DNA of 64,000 bases from Bacteroidia bacterium (GTDB lineage Bacteria > Bacteroidota > Bacteroidia > M30B66): positions 32,001 to 96,000 of the forward strand of contig OZ257142.1 of assembly GCA_965279035.1 (NCBI GenBank), in the 5' to 3' direction. Positions within the stretch are counted from its first letter, which is position 1; each line of letters begins with the position of its first letter. The position numbers and the translations under genes are program-made. A model generated the notes under the pieces. It was given only the letters and a program-made list of their open reading frames with translations, had not been told where the DNA came from and ran no database searches. Of the stretch, positions 9,636 to 20,100 are shown one piece after another.

Positions 9636-9817
9636 GTCGAGAGTAAGGTAGATATAATCGGCTAGTTCACCTTTACCACTTTCTCCACCACAACCACCTC
9701 ATCACCGTTTAAAACCCGGCAGTAATAGATACCCGTTGCAAGTCCGCTTAGCGATAAAGTATGCGTTCCCACTACAGTAAACTGCTCCTGCTGCACCAAT
9801 CGCCCTGTTGCATCCAG
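9589..9817. repeat. 229-bp perfect direct repeat, copy 1 (copy 2 at 11540-11768)
   Basis: Base-by-base identity read at offset 1951, spanning the partner CTD end, its stop codon and the cassette start. Confidence 0.9.
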
Positions 9818-11110
9818 AAGTTGAGCCGTATACTCTGTGCCAGCAGTTTCCAAATCTATGCGCAGCCAATCAGTTGCTGGGTTGGGATAAATCGTAACAG
9901 CATCGGGGAATGGTGCATCTTCGATTCCTACGCCACAGTTGGCTGGATCTAGGCAACCATCGGCATCGAGTTTTACTACCCAAGCATTTTGTCCGCCACA
10001 GCAAAAATCATCATCAGCAGCCCCACTGATCAATAAGCCACCATCTTTCGTTTCAATAAAGTCGAGAAAGAAATCAGACAAGTTGCCGTGGTCGTATTCT
10101 TTATGCCAAAGCAGATTTCCTAATGAATCAGATTTCATAATGAAACCAGCATTAATTGTGGTCGTATTAATGCCAACTGAAACAACACCACCATCAGAAA
10201 CTTTTCGACCGATATAACTTTCATTGTTAAACAACGAAGTATAAGTCTTATTAAAAATTATATTTCCATCAAGATCGGTCATTACTAGTTTTGGTCCACC
10301 TGCTTGGTATTTATAACCTGAAAAAAGCAATTTATCTGGTCCAAACTGGCTCATTCCACCTTCTGTAATTTGAGATAATTGCCAGCCTTCTTGTCGAATT
10401 CCATTTTCATCAAGTTTTATTAAATACTCATATCCAACGTCACTTGTAAAAGCAATCCCGGCAACACCAGCTATAAGAAATCCCCCGTCGGATGCACTAA
10501 TTATATTCTTTGGGGAATCAGCTATATTTTCATTAATTAAAGTTTCATTGACAAGTTCTCCCAGAGCATTAAGTTTAATAAAATATCCATCGTGGTCTTC
10601 AGTAGTAGTAAAATAATCTCGTGAAGCTATCAATGCAATTTCACCGCTTGTTGTTTCAATTAAATCTTCTGGAGTATCATAATACAATGAGTCATGATGG
10701 TAATATGACCAAAGTGTATCTGTTAAGTCCGGGCTTAGTTTTAATACGAAGATTTGAGTACCACCTGCATCATTAATCCAACTTCGTGTATTGAACAAAA
10801 GAAGATTACCGTCATTGCTTCTTATCATCGAGCAGAAATCGAAAAAGCGCCTTGATGGAACATAACTGAAATTATCTAAGATAATATCGCCAGAATCATC
10901 AAATGAATGAACTCTCTGAAATCCACCATCTTCTACAACCAAACTAAATCCAGAGCTAGAAATATAATAACTGCCGCTATCGAGTTCAACAGGTCTAGAT
11001 GCATTTCCACCAAAATTTGCCGTGTCATTGTAAGTACGGGCAAAAGTTGGCACCTGTGCAATACTAGATATACTTAATAAAGCAAAAAAGTATGCGACAA
11101 ATTCTTTCAT
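9662..11110 (-). CDS. T9SS type-A secreted beta-propeller-like partner protein, cassette 3
   Basis: Close paralog of 7711-9159 with signal peptide and CTD. Confidence 0.8.
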   Translation of the reverse strand: MKEFVAYFFALLSISSIAQVPTFARTYNDTANFGGNASRPVELDSGSYYISSSGFSLVVEDGGFQRVHSFDDSGDIILDNFSYVPSRRFFDFCSMIRSNDGNLLLFNTRSWINDAGGTQIFVLKLSPDLTDTLWSYYHHDSLYYDTPEDLIETTSGEIALIASRDYFTTTEDHDGYFIKLNALGELVNETLINENIADSPKNIISASDGGFLIAGVAGIAFTSDVGYEYLIKLDENGIRQEGWQLSQITEGGMSQFGPDKLLFSGYKYQAGGPKLVMTDLDGNIIFNKTYTSLFNNESYIGRKVSDGGVVSVGINTTTINAGFIMKSDSLGNLLWHKEYDHGNLSDFFLDFIETKDGGLLISGAADDDFCCGGQNAWVVKLDADGCLDPANCGVGIEDAPFPDAVTIYPNPATDWLRIDLETAGTEYTAQLLDATGRLVQQEQFTVVGTHTLSLSGLATGIYYCRVLNGDEVVVVEKVVKVN

Positions 11111-11586
11111 TACTTGGAAATGATAAATCGTTGAACACCCAGCAACTCTTTATTAGAAGTATAAACCCTACAGAAATAAATACCAACTGATAAGTTATCC
11201 AACTGTATATTTTCAATGTATTTGTTTTCCCGTTTCACGAAGGATTCGATATGCAATGTGCGCCCAGTAATATCAACTATTTCAATTGTATGTCCACCTG
11301 TTGTTATGCTAGTCACATTTAGAGAAAATATGCCTTTATTCGGATTTGGATAAATGCCTATTTCAGACTTTACTTGTTTTTTTTGTTGAGGTTCAACTTG
11401 AGTTCCAGCAAGCCTTGCACCAGATGGTACATCAATGTATGGATACCGGTGGTAAATAGTATCTCCCCGGAGTTGCCTAGCTGCCATTGCGTAACTCTGA
11501 ATACTGGACGGCACCCGCGACAAAAATTCGAGTTGCTGCTTCTGAACAGAATCTATTTGCAGCCAGGTAAGGGAATCTTCTATCAT
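11110..11586 (-). CDS. Orphan C-terminal fragment of the giant T9SS protein, cassette 3
   Basis: First ~52 aa identical to 9159-9635, then a divergent CTD. TAATG overlap with the next gene. Confidence 0.75.
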   Translation of the reverse strand: MIEDSLTWLQIDSVQKQQLEFLSRVPSSIQSYAMAARQLRGDTIYHRYPYIDVPSGARLAGTQVEPQQKKQVKSEIGIYPNPNKGIFSLNVTSITTGGHTIEIVDITGRTLHIESFVKRENKYIENIQLDNLSVGIYFCRVYTSNKELLGVQRFIISK

Positions 11587-11768
11587 GTCGAGAGTAAGGT
11601 AGATATAATCGGCTAGTTCACCTTTACCACTTTCTCCACCACAACCACCTCATCACCGTTTAAAACCCGGCAGTAATAGATACCCGTTGCAAGTCCGCTT
11701 AGCGATAAAGTATGCGTTCCCACTACAGTAAACTGCTCCTGCTGCACCAATCGCCCTGTTGCATCCAG
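11540..11768. repeat. 229-bp perfect direct repeat, copy 2
   Basis: Identical to 9589-9817. Confidence 0.9.
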
Positions 11769-13076
11769 CAGTTGAGCGGTATACGATGAGCCGGCAGTTT
11801 CCAAATCTATTTGCAGCCATTCTGTTGCTGGGTTAGGATATATAGTTAATGCATCAGGGAAAGGAGCATCTTCGATTCCTACACCGCAATTGGCAGGGTC
11901 AAGACATCCGTTGGCATCAAGTTTTAGCAGCCATGAGTTCTGACCTCCATCTGCGTTGCTTTGGCTAGCGGAACCGCTTATCAAAAGTCCACCATCAGAG
12001 GTTTCGATAAAATCGCTGAAGTATTCCACAAAGTCGCCTAAGGTATATTTATAATCTTTCTGCCAGAGCAAAATTCCATCGGCGTCTGTTTTCATTATAT
12101 ACCCATTATTGTTTTCAACAAAATCTAGGTTTGTGGCCAATCCCACAGAGACTATCCCCCCATCAGCAACTTTTCTTCCGATGTAGTTGATAGATGAGGA
12201 TCCAGGATAGATGTATGTTTTATTCTGAACTAAATTTCCAGCCGTATCCAAGAGAAGGATCTTTGCTTCCCCATTTGGGTAGGAGTATCCCGATAAAATA
12301 ATCTTGTTTTCATCATATAAACTCATACCACACTCAGTAATCTGAAAATAGTCTTGGCTCCAAAGAATTTGACCTTGACTGCTTATTTTCATAAGAAAAC
12401 CGTGGAGATTTGTTGAATTAGAAGGTCCGCGGGTGCCTCCAATCAAAACAGAACCATCTGCTAGTTGGGCCAAAGACTCCAGGGCCTGAATTTCACGTTC
12501 ACGAATTATCATTTCGCTTACGAATTGCCCCTGCGAATCTAGCCGTATGATTATACCCAGCATAGAGTCGTTTTCGAGTGGGCGTCTTCTTGCTGTAATA
12601 TACACTTCACCGTTGGTGGATTCAAAAATGTCAGCAGTAGTATTAAACGCACTTGAATCTGAATTAAGATAACTCCACAAAGTATCCGATAAATCCGCAC
12701 TTATTTTCTGAACAAAAATGCGGTTCTCTGTGGTATTCCCCAATTTGCTCCTCGTACTTGCCAAAAAAAGATTCTCATTATTACTTTTTATGAGTTTACT
12801 GAAACCCGAATAAGTTCTGTTTAAATCATACTCCATCCTATTTTGAATCAACTCACCTTGTTGATCCACTTGGTAGATTCGCTGGTAACTACCTTGAGAA
12901 AGACTTAATCCTCCACCTGAGGATGCAATAGAATAAACACCATCCGGATACTCAACAGGTCTTGAACTAATGTTAGAAAGATTTAATGTGTCGCGGTAGG
13001 TTTTGTTAAATGTATTTACCTGCGCTAAAAGCGACTGAAAGGAAAAAAGTAAAGCGAGGGCGAACAGTTTTTTCAT
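11613..13076 (-). CDS. T9SS type-A secreted beta-propeller-like partner protein, cassette 2
   Basis: Close paralog of 13576-15036 with signal peptide and CTD. Confidence 0.8.
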   Translation of the reverse strand: MKKLFALALLFSFQSLLAQVNTFNKTYRDTLNLSNISSRPVEYPDGVYSIASSGGGLSLSQGSYQRIYQVDQQGELIQNRMEYDLNRTYSGFSKLIKSNNENLFLASTRSKLGNTTENRIFVQKISADLSDTLWSYLNSDSSAFNTTADIFESTNGEVYITARRRPLENDSMLGIIIRLDSQGQFVSEMIIREREIQALESLAQLADGSVLIGGTRGPSNSTNLHGFLMKISSQGQILWSQDYFQITECGMSLYDENKIILSGYSYPNGEAKILLLDTAGNLVQNKTYIYPGSSSINYIGRKVADGGIVSVGLATNLDFVENNNGYIMKTDADGILLWQKDYKYTLGDFVEYFSDFIETSDGGLLISGSASQSNADGGQNSWLLKLDANGCLDPANCGVGIEDAPFPDALTIYPNPATEWLQIDLETAGSSYTAQLLDATGRLVQQEQFTVVGTHTLSLSGLATGIYYCRVLNGDEVVVVEKVVKVN

Positions 13077-13549
13077 CGCGCCAATGTAATACGTTGCAAA
13101 GCAATTACCCCTTTGTCCTCTCCACGCAATTCAACTAAATACAGCCCATCAACAAGATCTGTGATTTCTATAGATGACCGAATCTGTTTGGCACCACCTG
13201 GGAGCTTTCCAGATTTTAACTGGCGGCCTGTGAGATCAAATATTTTCCATTCAATCTGTTCTTCTTTTTCGAGCGTGAGTTCCAAGGTGAACGTGCCGGA
13301 GTTAGGGTTGGGATAAATCCGCACGACGTTTTTCTGCCCGGTTTTCTTCGGTGTGGGTTTTATCTGTGACGCAAGGCGGGGAGATGTTGTTGATTCAAGG
13401 TCCGGATATCGGTGGTAAATCGTATCACCGCGCAATGAGCGTGCTGCAAGCGCATAACTCTGAATAATTGATTGCTCGCGCGAAAGATTTTCCAGGCGTA
13501 TTACCTGTACAGAGTCCAACTGCATCCAGGAGAGGGTATCTTCTTGCAT
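13073..13549 (-). CDS. Orphan C-terminal fragment of the giant T9SS protein, cassette 2
   Basis: Near-identical, gapless copy (offset 1960) of 15033-15509. ATGA overlap with its partner. Confidence 0.75.
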   Translation of the reverse strand: MQEDTLSWMQLDSVQVIRLENLSREQSIIQSYALAARSLRGDTIYHRYPDLESTTSPRLASQIKPTPKKTGQKNVVRIYPNPNSGTFTLELTLEKEEQIEWKIFDLTGRQLKSGKLPGGAKQIRSSIEITDLVDGLYLVELRGEDKGVIALQRITLAR

Positions 13550-13575
13550 ATCCAGGTAAAGGTCGGTATAATCGG

Positions 13576-15036
13576 CTAGTTCACCTTCACCACTTTCTCC
13601 ACCACAACCACCTCGTCACCCTTTAAAACACGGCAATAGTAAATCCCCGTTGCTAGTCCGCTTAGCGACAAGGTATGCGTTCCCACAACAGTAAACTGTT
13701 CCTGCTGCACCAAACGACCCGTTGCATCCAGCAGTTGACCGGTATACGCTGAGCCGGCTGTTTCCAAATCTATACGTAGCCAGTCGGTTGCCGGGTTCGG
13801 ATAAATAGTAACTGCATCAGGAAACGGCGCATCTTCGATTCCTACTCCGCAATTAGAAGGGTCAAGACAGCCATCGGCATCAAGTTTTAGCAGCCAGGAG
13901 TTCTGACCACCATCTGCGTTGCTTTGGCTAGCGGAACCACTTATCAAAAGGCCACCATCTGAAGTTTCGATGAAATCCGTTAAGTATTCCACAAAGTCGC
14001 CTGAAGTATATTTGTAATTTTTCTGCCAGAGCAAATTTCCATTTGGGTCGGTTTTCATAATATACCCATTATTATTATCAACGAAATCCAGGTTTGTGGC
14101 CAATCCGACCGAAACAATTCCGCCATCAGCAACTTTTCTTCCGATATAATTAATGGCAGAAAATCCCGGATAGACATAGGTTTTATTTTGAACTAAATTT
14201 CCAGAGGTATCTAAAAGAAGCATTTTGACGGTGCCGCTTGTGGTATTGTATCCTGATAAGATAACCTTGCCATCATCATATAAACTCATTCGTCCTTCTG
14301 TGATTTGTGGATAATTAAAATCCCATATAACTTCACCAAAGGAATTCACCTTCATCAGGAACCCTTGAATGTTGCCAGCATCGATTCTACGAGCTCCGCC
14401 GATTAATAGATTGCCATCCGACAATTGAACCAAACTATACGGAGATTGCTTTTTGTATTGCCTAAATACTGCTTGAGTTAAGAATTGACCCTGTGCCGTT
14501 AAATGAATAAAAACAGCAAGCATGGAATCGGAGTCAAAAAATGCTCTGTTTGCTGTGAGATAAACGCTGCCATCCGCAGCCTCTAGTAGATCTTCCGTTG
14601 TATCAAAAAAGGTCGAATCAGAATGAAAATAACTCCACAATGTATCTGATAAGTCGGCACTTATTTTCTGCACAAAAATTCTATTCCCGCCTGTGCTTCC
14701 CGCCAAACTCCTCGTGCTGGCCAAAAAGAGATCATTGCTGTTCGAGTGAATCAGTTGGCTTGCTCCCTGATATCTTCTGGAAATATCATATTCCATTCGA
14801 TTCTGGATCAACTCACCCTGATCATTGACTTGGTAGATGCGTTGGTAACCACCTTCAGCAAGACTCAATCCTCCGCCTGCCGTTGCAATACTGTAAATAC
14901 CTGGAGGGTCCTCTACTGGCCTTGAACTGATGTTGGAAAGGACAAGGGTATCCCTAAACGTTTTGTTGAACGTGTTCACCTGCGCTATTAACGAATGAAA
15001 GGAGACAAGTAAGGCGAAGGAGAAAAGGTTTTTCAT
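13576..15036 (-). CDS. T9SS type-A secreted beta-propeller-like partner protein, cassette 1
   Basis: Signal peptide, blade-like repeats, GCLDPSNC linker and CTD. Confidence 0.8.
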   Translation of the reverse strand: MKNLFSFALLVSFHSLIAQVNTFNKTFRDTLVLSNISSRPVEDPPGIYSIATAGGGLSLAEGGYQRIYQVNDQGELIQNRMEYDISRRYQGASQLIHSNSNDLFLASTRSLAGSTGGNRIFVQKISADLSDTLWSYFHSDSTFFDTTEDLLEAADGSVYLTANRAFFDSDSMLAVFIHLTAQGQFLTQAVFRQYKKQSPYSLVQLSDGNLLIGGARRIDAGNIQGFLMKVNSFGEVIWDFNYPQITEGRMSLYDDGKVILSGYNTTSGTVKMLLLDTSGNLVQNKTYVYPGFSAINYIGRKVADGGIVSVGLATNLDFVDNNNGYIMKTDPNGNLLWQKNYKYTSGDFVEYLTDFIETSDGGLLISGSASQSNADGGQNSWLLKLDADGCLDPSNCGVGIEDAPFPDAVTIYPNPATDWLRIDLETAGSAYTGQLLDATGRLVQQEQFTVVGTHTLSLSGLATGIYYCRVLKGDEVVVVEKVVKVN

Positions 15037-15656
15037 CGCGCCAGTGTAATGCGTTGCACGTCAATTACCCCTTTGTCTTCGCCACGCAATTCAACTAAAT
15101 ACAGCCCATCAACAAGATCTGTGATTTCGATTGCTGAGCGAATCTGTTTTGAGCCACCTGAAAGCGCACCTGATTTTAACTGGCGGCCTGTGAGATCAAA
15201 TATTTTCCATTCAATCTGTTCTTCTTTTTCGAGCGTGAGTTCCAAGGTGAATGAGCCGGAGTTAGGGTTGGGATAAATCCGCACGACGTTTTTCTGCCCG
15301 GTTTTTTTCGGGGTGGGTTTTATCTGTGACGCAAGGCGGGGAGATGTTGTTGATTCAAGGTCCGGATACCGGTGGTAAATCGTATCACCGCGCAATGAGC
15401 GCGCTGCAAGCGCATAACTCTGAATGATCGACTCCTCTTGCGATAATTGCTCCAGTCGTAGCACCTGCAGGGAGTCGAGTTGCATCCAGGAGAGGGTATC
15501 TTCTTGCATATCCAGGTAAAGATCGGTATAATCGGCAAACAGGCTGTCATTGCGTGTGCTGAGCGTCAATGAATCTAACCAGCGTCGGGCATCTGCCAGG
15601 CTATTTGTATTGGTTAATTTAAAGCCCGGCATCTCATCACCGATAAGCATGCTCAC
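15033..15656 (-). CDS. Orphan C-terminal fragment of the giant T9SS protein, cassette 1 (longer, 207 aa)
   Basis: LDSLTLSTRNDSLFADY aligns with the giant's LDSITLSTLDDSLFVDY. No signal peptide; overlaps both neighbours by 4 nt. Confidence 0.75.
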   Translation of the reverse strand: MSMLIGDEMPGFKLTNTNSLADARRWLDSLTLSTRNDSLFADYTDLYLDMQEDTLSWMQLDSLQVLRLEQLSQEESIIQSYALAARSLRGDTIYHRYPDLESTTSPRLASQIKPTPKKTGQKNVVRIYPNPNSGSFTLELTLEKEEQIEWKIFDLTGRQLKSGALSGGSKQIRSAIEITDLVDGLYLVELRGEDKGVIDVQRITLAR

Positions 15657-17119
15657 CGTGCAATAACAACCCTTTCCGTCACACTTTTCCCATCCTTCAA
15701 CGTAAACTTCGCCAGATACAAACCCACCGGCAAATGGCTCACCTGAATTGCTTCCAAGGGAGCAGTTAGTTTTGTGTTCATCACCCGCTGACCTGCAATA
15801 GAAAATAATTCCAGGGCCACCGCTTGCGTTGTGTTTTGCAATTTAAAGCTTAGCCAATCATTGGCAGGGTTGGGGAAAATGGAAACACCAAGTTTATTAG
15901 CTTCCACACTTTCCAAACCAACCCAGCAGTCGGGTTCCAGGCATCCCATTGAATCCAGTTTGACTATCCATAGGTTCTGACCACCAGCTCCTGGGTCAGT
16001 GGCTGAACCATCAATTAAAAGACCTCCATCAGAAGTTTCAAGCACATCAGTGAAAAAGTCTGTATTGGAATTGTAATTATATCTTCGAAACCATTGAAGA
16101 TCTCCAGAATGGTCCGCAAGAGAAATGAAACCGGCGTTATCTGCATCAATCAACCCAATCGAGATGATTTTACCATTGGAATTTCGCCTTGAGTAATATT
16201 GATCTATTCCATCAGCTTCAAAATCGTTTAGTTTATCCCATAATACAATCCCGCTTGTATCGACTTTAATTGTGCGTGTAAAGTGATTTGACAAATTCGA
16301 TGGAGTGCCAGATAGTAAATATTCTCCATTAGAGTATGGTGAAACCCGCAAATTATAATGATTAGGATATTCATTATGATCAATGAGATTTCCTAAAAGA
16401 TTTAATTTATATACTACTCCATCGTATTGGTTGCCATCGGAATATCCGCTACCACCAATATAAATATTGTTGTTGATAAGAGTTGCACTTAGAAAATATA
16501 AGTTAGCACCATTTTCATAGATTTTGAAATCAAGTGAATCACCTTCATTATTTAGTTTTAAAAAGAATCCATCAAATTCATTTGCCTCCAAGCTATCTGG
16601 ATAAACTCTTGAACCAATAATAATTATAGATTGATCAGATTCGGAAATAAGTATATCAGCAATCGCATCAACATAACTATTTTGTGGAAACGTATATTTC
16701 CATATGGTATCCAACTCAGGTGTGAGTTTTGCGATTTCTAAGTTTGCATATGTAACGGAACTAACCAAATTCACATTAACTTTAGAATAGGCTGAAAACA
16801 AATTTATTCCATCCGTTGCAAGTGCACCTGACGGAATATAACGGCCCATTGTATCGTAATTCATTTTACGAAAAACGATTTCTCCATCTTCTGTAATTCT
16901 TGTAACCATATTATACCCTTTTAGACCATCCATACCAAACCCAGAAGATTGTATGAAATAATCTTCGTCTAATAATACTGCTCTTGATGATAACGAGGCA
17001 TAATTTAGAGTATCATTTAATGTAAAACTAAATGTGGTTATTCCTTGAGCAGAACTTTTTAAAAATCCTACATAAATAAAAATGAGAAGAAGAATTAACC
17101 GTAACGTCATTACTTTCAA
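15653..17119 (-). CDS. T9SS type-A secreted beta-propeller-like partner protein adjacent to the giant gene (start TTG 17119 or ATG 17110)
   Basis: Signal peptide; ETSDGGLLIDGSA..GGQNLWIVKLDSMGCLEPDC shared with the cassette partners; CTD IFPNPA. Confidence 0.8.
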   Translation of the reverse strand: MKVMTLRLILLLIFIYVGFLKSSAQGITTFSFTLNDTLNYASLSSRAVLLDEDYFIQSSGFGMDGLKGYNMVTRITEDGEIVFRKMNYDTMGRYIPSGALATDGINLFSAYSKVNVNLVSSVTYANLEIAKLTPELDTIWKYTFPQNSYVDAIADILISESDQSIIIIGSRVYPDSLEANEFDGFFLKLNNEGDSLDFKIYENGANLYFLSATLINNNIYIGGSGYSDGNQYDGVVYKLNLLGNLIDHNEYPNHYNLRVSPYSNGEYLLSGTPSNLSNHFTRTIKVDTSGIVLWDKLNDFEADGIDQYYSRRNSNGKIISIGLIDADNAGFISLADHSGDLQWFRRYNYNSNTDFFTDVLETSDGGLLIDGSATDPGAGGQNLWIVKLDSMGCLEPDCWVGLESVEANKLGVSIFPNPANDWLSFKLQNTTQAVALELFSIAGQRVMNTKLTAPLEAIQVSHLPVGLYLAKFTLKDGKSVTERVVIAR

Positions 17120-20100
17120 TGAATTAATGAAATTTTATGGTGTCCTAAAACTCTTCCATCTTTATCAAGTATGTTAAGTAAGTAAATACCATTGGATAGA
17201 TCATTACACGTTAACTCGATTAATTGATTACGCTCTGTTAGTTGATTTATCTGTCGAATCAAACGACCGGAAAGGTCTACAAGACTTATTATAAGATTTC
17301 CTTCATAGTCATTAACTTGTAGAGTAAATTTACCATCATTGGGATTAGGATAAACACGTGTTAAGATATTTTTACTCTTTCGATTGTATTTTGCTTCATT
17401 AGCCAACCTAGCTGAAGGTGGAAAAGCATTTTCCGGATAATGCTCAATGGTCGTATCACCGCGTAGTTGCAGAACAGCTAATGCATACTGTTGTACAGAC
17501 GAAGGAATAGAGGCCATGTTTCGAATGTCTTCTAATATTGTAGTATCTATGGTAAGCCAAGTAAGGCTATCGCGTAATAAGTTCAGATACATTTTATGGT
17601 AATCAACAAACAAGCTATCATCTAGAGTTGATAAAGTTATGGAATCGAGAACAGCTTCAGCTTGATCCAAGCTGTCGCTACCCAGATAAGTACTGAAAAG
17701 GCTTCTTTCAAAACCGGTACCAAGGCTATCTTTGTATAAGGCAGCCAGCTCATACCATTCATCTCGTTCTAACAAACTTGATTCAATTTTACTAATAGTA
17801 GTTAGCCATTCACCTCGAAAATGATGAGCTGCCCTTTTATAGGTTTCATGTGTTTGAACATAGGCGTTTTCTTTTTGCAATCCAAGCAAGCTGTCACGAG
17901 TAGCTTGATAGTAATTAGTATCTGCTAAGAGAACTCTCAATTCATTCAGTACTTTTTGTGTAGCAGGAAGGTTTAGCAGCATAAAATTGATTAACTCATT
18001 ATTACTAAATAAGTTTTCCAGACGTAAAGCAGTTACAAGCACACTATCGCTTAAAGGTGAATATAATGTTAATACAATTGATAAATCAGCTGAAGATTGA
18101 GTTGTGTCAGAAAGTATACCCAATAGGCTATCGGTTTGCATTCCATCTAAGTTTTCAAGTATTGTTTGCTTTTGTAATTCCATACTATCTGACATGAACT
18201 TAAATTGTCTGCGTTCAGCATTTAGACTGATAATATTAAGAGCTCCAGTTCCAGATGGGCAAGGATTTGACAATCCAGATCCGCAAATAGTTGTTGAGCC
18301 TGACTCAGAAATGGAACTGAATACAGGAGTTTCGACATTAATTGGTCTTGCATAATAATACCAATCTGGTGTTTGATTATTGGGGGCCCATATATGTTTA
18401 ACACCAACACCTTGATCATTAAAAATGTTTCCGGGACGGTATTGTGCAGGACCACAACCAATGCCTTGGTTATTAAATACACCCGACATACTTAACGGAT
18501 TGATATGCCAGTCATAATTATTATTGGTAAAGTCGTTACATTTTAAAAATAAATATGGGTTATTATATTCTGATTGAAAACCACGCTGTAGGTTAGTAAA
18601 ATCGTTACGTTGTATAAGCATATTTATGCCAGAACTTTGAGGCTGAAGACCTCTAGTAATTAGTCCCCAATTATATGGTTCGGCTGAACCAGATCCAATG
18701 AAATTATTTAATTGAACCTTGTTAGCAGTGCGGTAATCATAAAAATAGATACCATATGGATCAGGAATAACAGATGTATTGCCATCGGAATCTGGTATGT
18801 TAAAATCGTTATTGATATAATTATCACCACGAGCATTCTCAGAATATATTCCCATTCGACAATTGTCAAACAAAGACCCTGAACTATAAACATTATACCC
18901 GATTGATGTATTTGTAACTCGGGTAATAATTCCACGGGTTAATCCAATAAATCGGTTCCGAAGCGCATTATCGGCATTCAGATCAGATTGGTCGTCATTA
19001 TTTGGATTAGTTGAAAGAACTCTGACTTGTGCATCATACAAGGCAATTCCTTGAGTTCTGTCGTGAGACAGAAATGGGTATTCAGTGGTGGTACAACTTT
19101 CTTTTATTGAAAAGTCTCCATCATTTAGAAAAATATTATCTCTAAATATAACACCTTTTATTTCCCATGCAGATACAAACATTTGTGAGGCCAACCAGTA
19201 ATTTGTTTGACTATCGAAATAATCAGGATTTTTCAAATGATCATCGCAAATGAATAAACAGTTGGTGAATTTACTTATACTTGGAAAAGTATAAGGATGA
19301 AAAGATACTGACCGCCAGTTGTTCCTGAAAGTACTATTGGATGCTACTACAATTCCTCCTGTTACCCCCCCATACATATTGTCACCTGCATCACTCATAA
19401 AAATACCTTCTTCAGCATTTTCTATTACTGCATGATTTTTCATTTCAACTACACCTTGAACAGTATTTGCTAATGTTCCTTGTGGCTGCGAAGCAATACC
19501 CATTAATCTAATTCCTCTCCACATAGTACAGGAACTAGTTAGAGTTCCGCCATCTAAAATCAGTTTACCCCCAGGCTGAATAAGTATCATAGCATCATCA
19601 GGAAATTCTACTTTACAAGTTATAGTTAACGTGCGTCCTGGATAGACAATTATATCATTGTAAACTCTAATATCAAGTTCCCAAGTTTCGTTCATATTTA
19701 TACCAATAGGAGTACTAGAATAAGGACAATCGTCTATAAAGCGTTTCAAATTAGTAATAGATGCTGCTTTATGAATTTTTCCAACTTGATTAGGTGAATA
19801 ATATAAGTAACTCTGATAATTACCGCCCATCACATTATTAGTTGTCCTTGTATAACATGGGTCATTAGGATCATTTATATAAGGATCAACAACTAATGCA
19901 CCAGGTGGACATCCTGAAGGATGAACTATTTGTCCATGAGGGCAATTCAGATCATTTCCATCAATTACTCCAAATAAATCTAGTAACCCATCAAAATCAG
20001 AATCTTGATCTTCGATAGTACAATAAATTCCATTTTGATATAAATGTACTAAGTCTAACATGTGAGCAATTTCATGTGCAACATGTCTAGTGAAAGCCCA

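Noticed and set aside
7711-15656. Integron cassette array
   Set aside because: No intergenic attC-like palindromes between units (genes overlap or abut), no integrase, and the units are paralogous.
7711-17119. Diversity-generating retroelement (TR/VR pair) behind the paralog variation
   Set aside because: No reverse transcriptase in the window; differences look patchy and often synonymous rather than adenine-specific.
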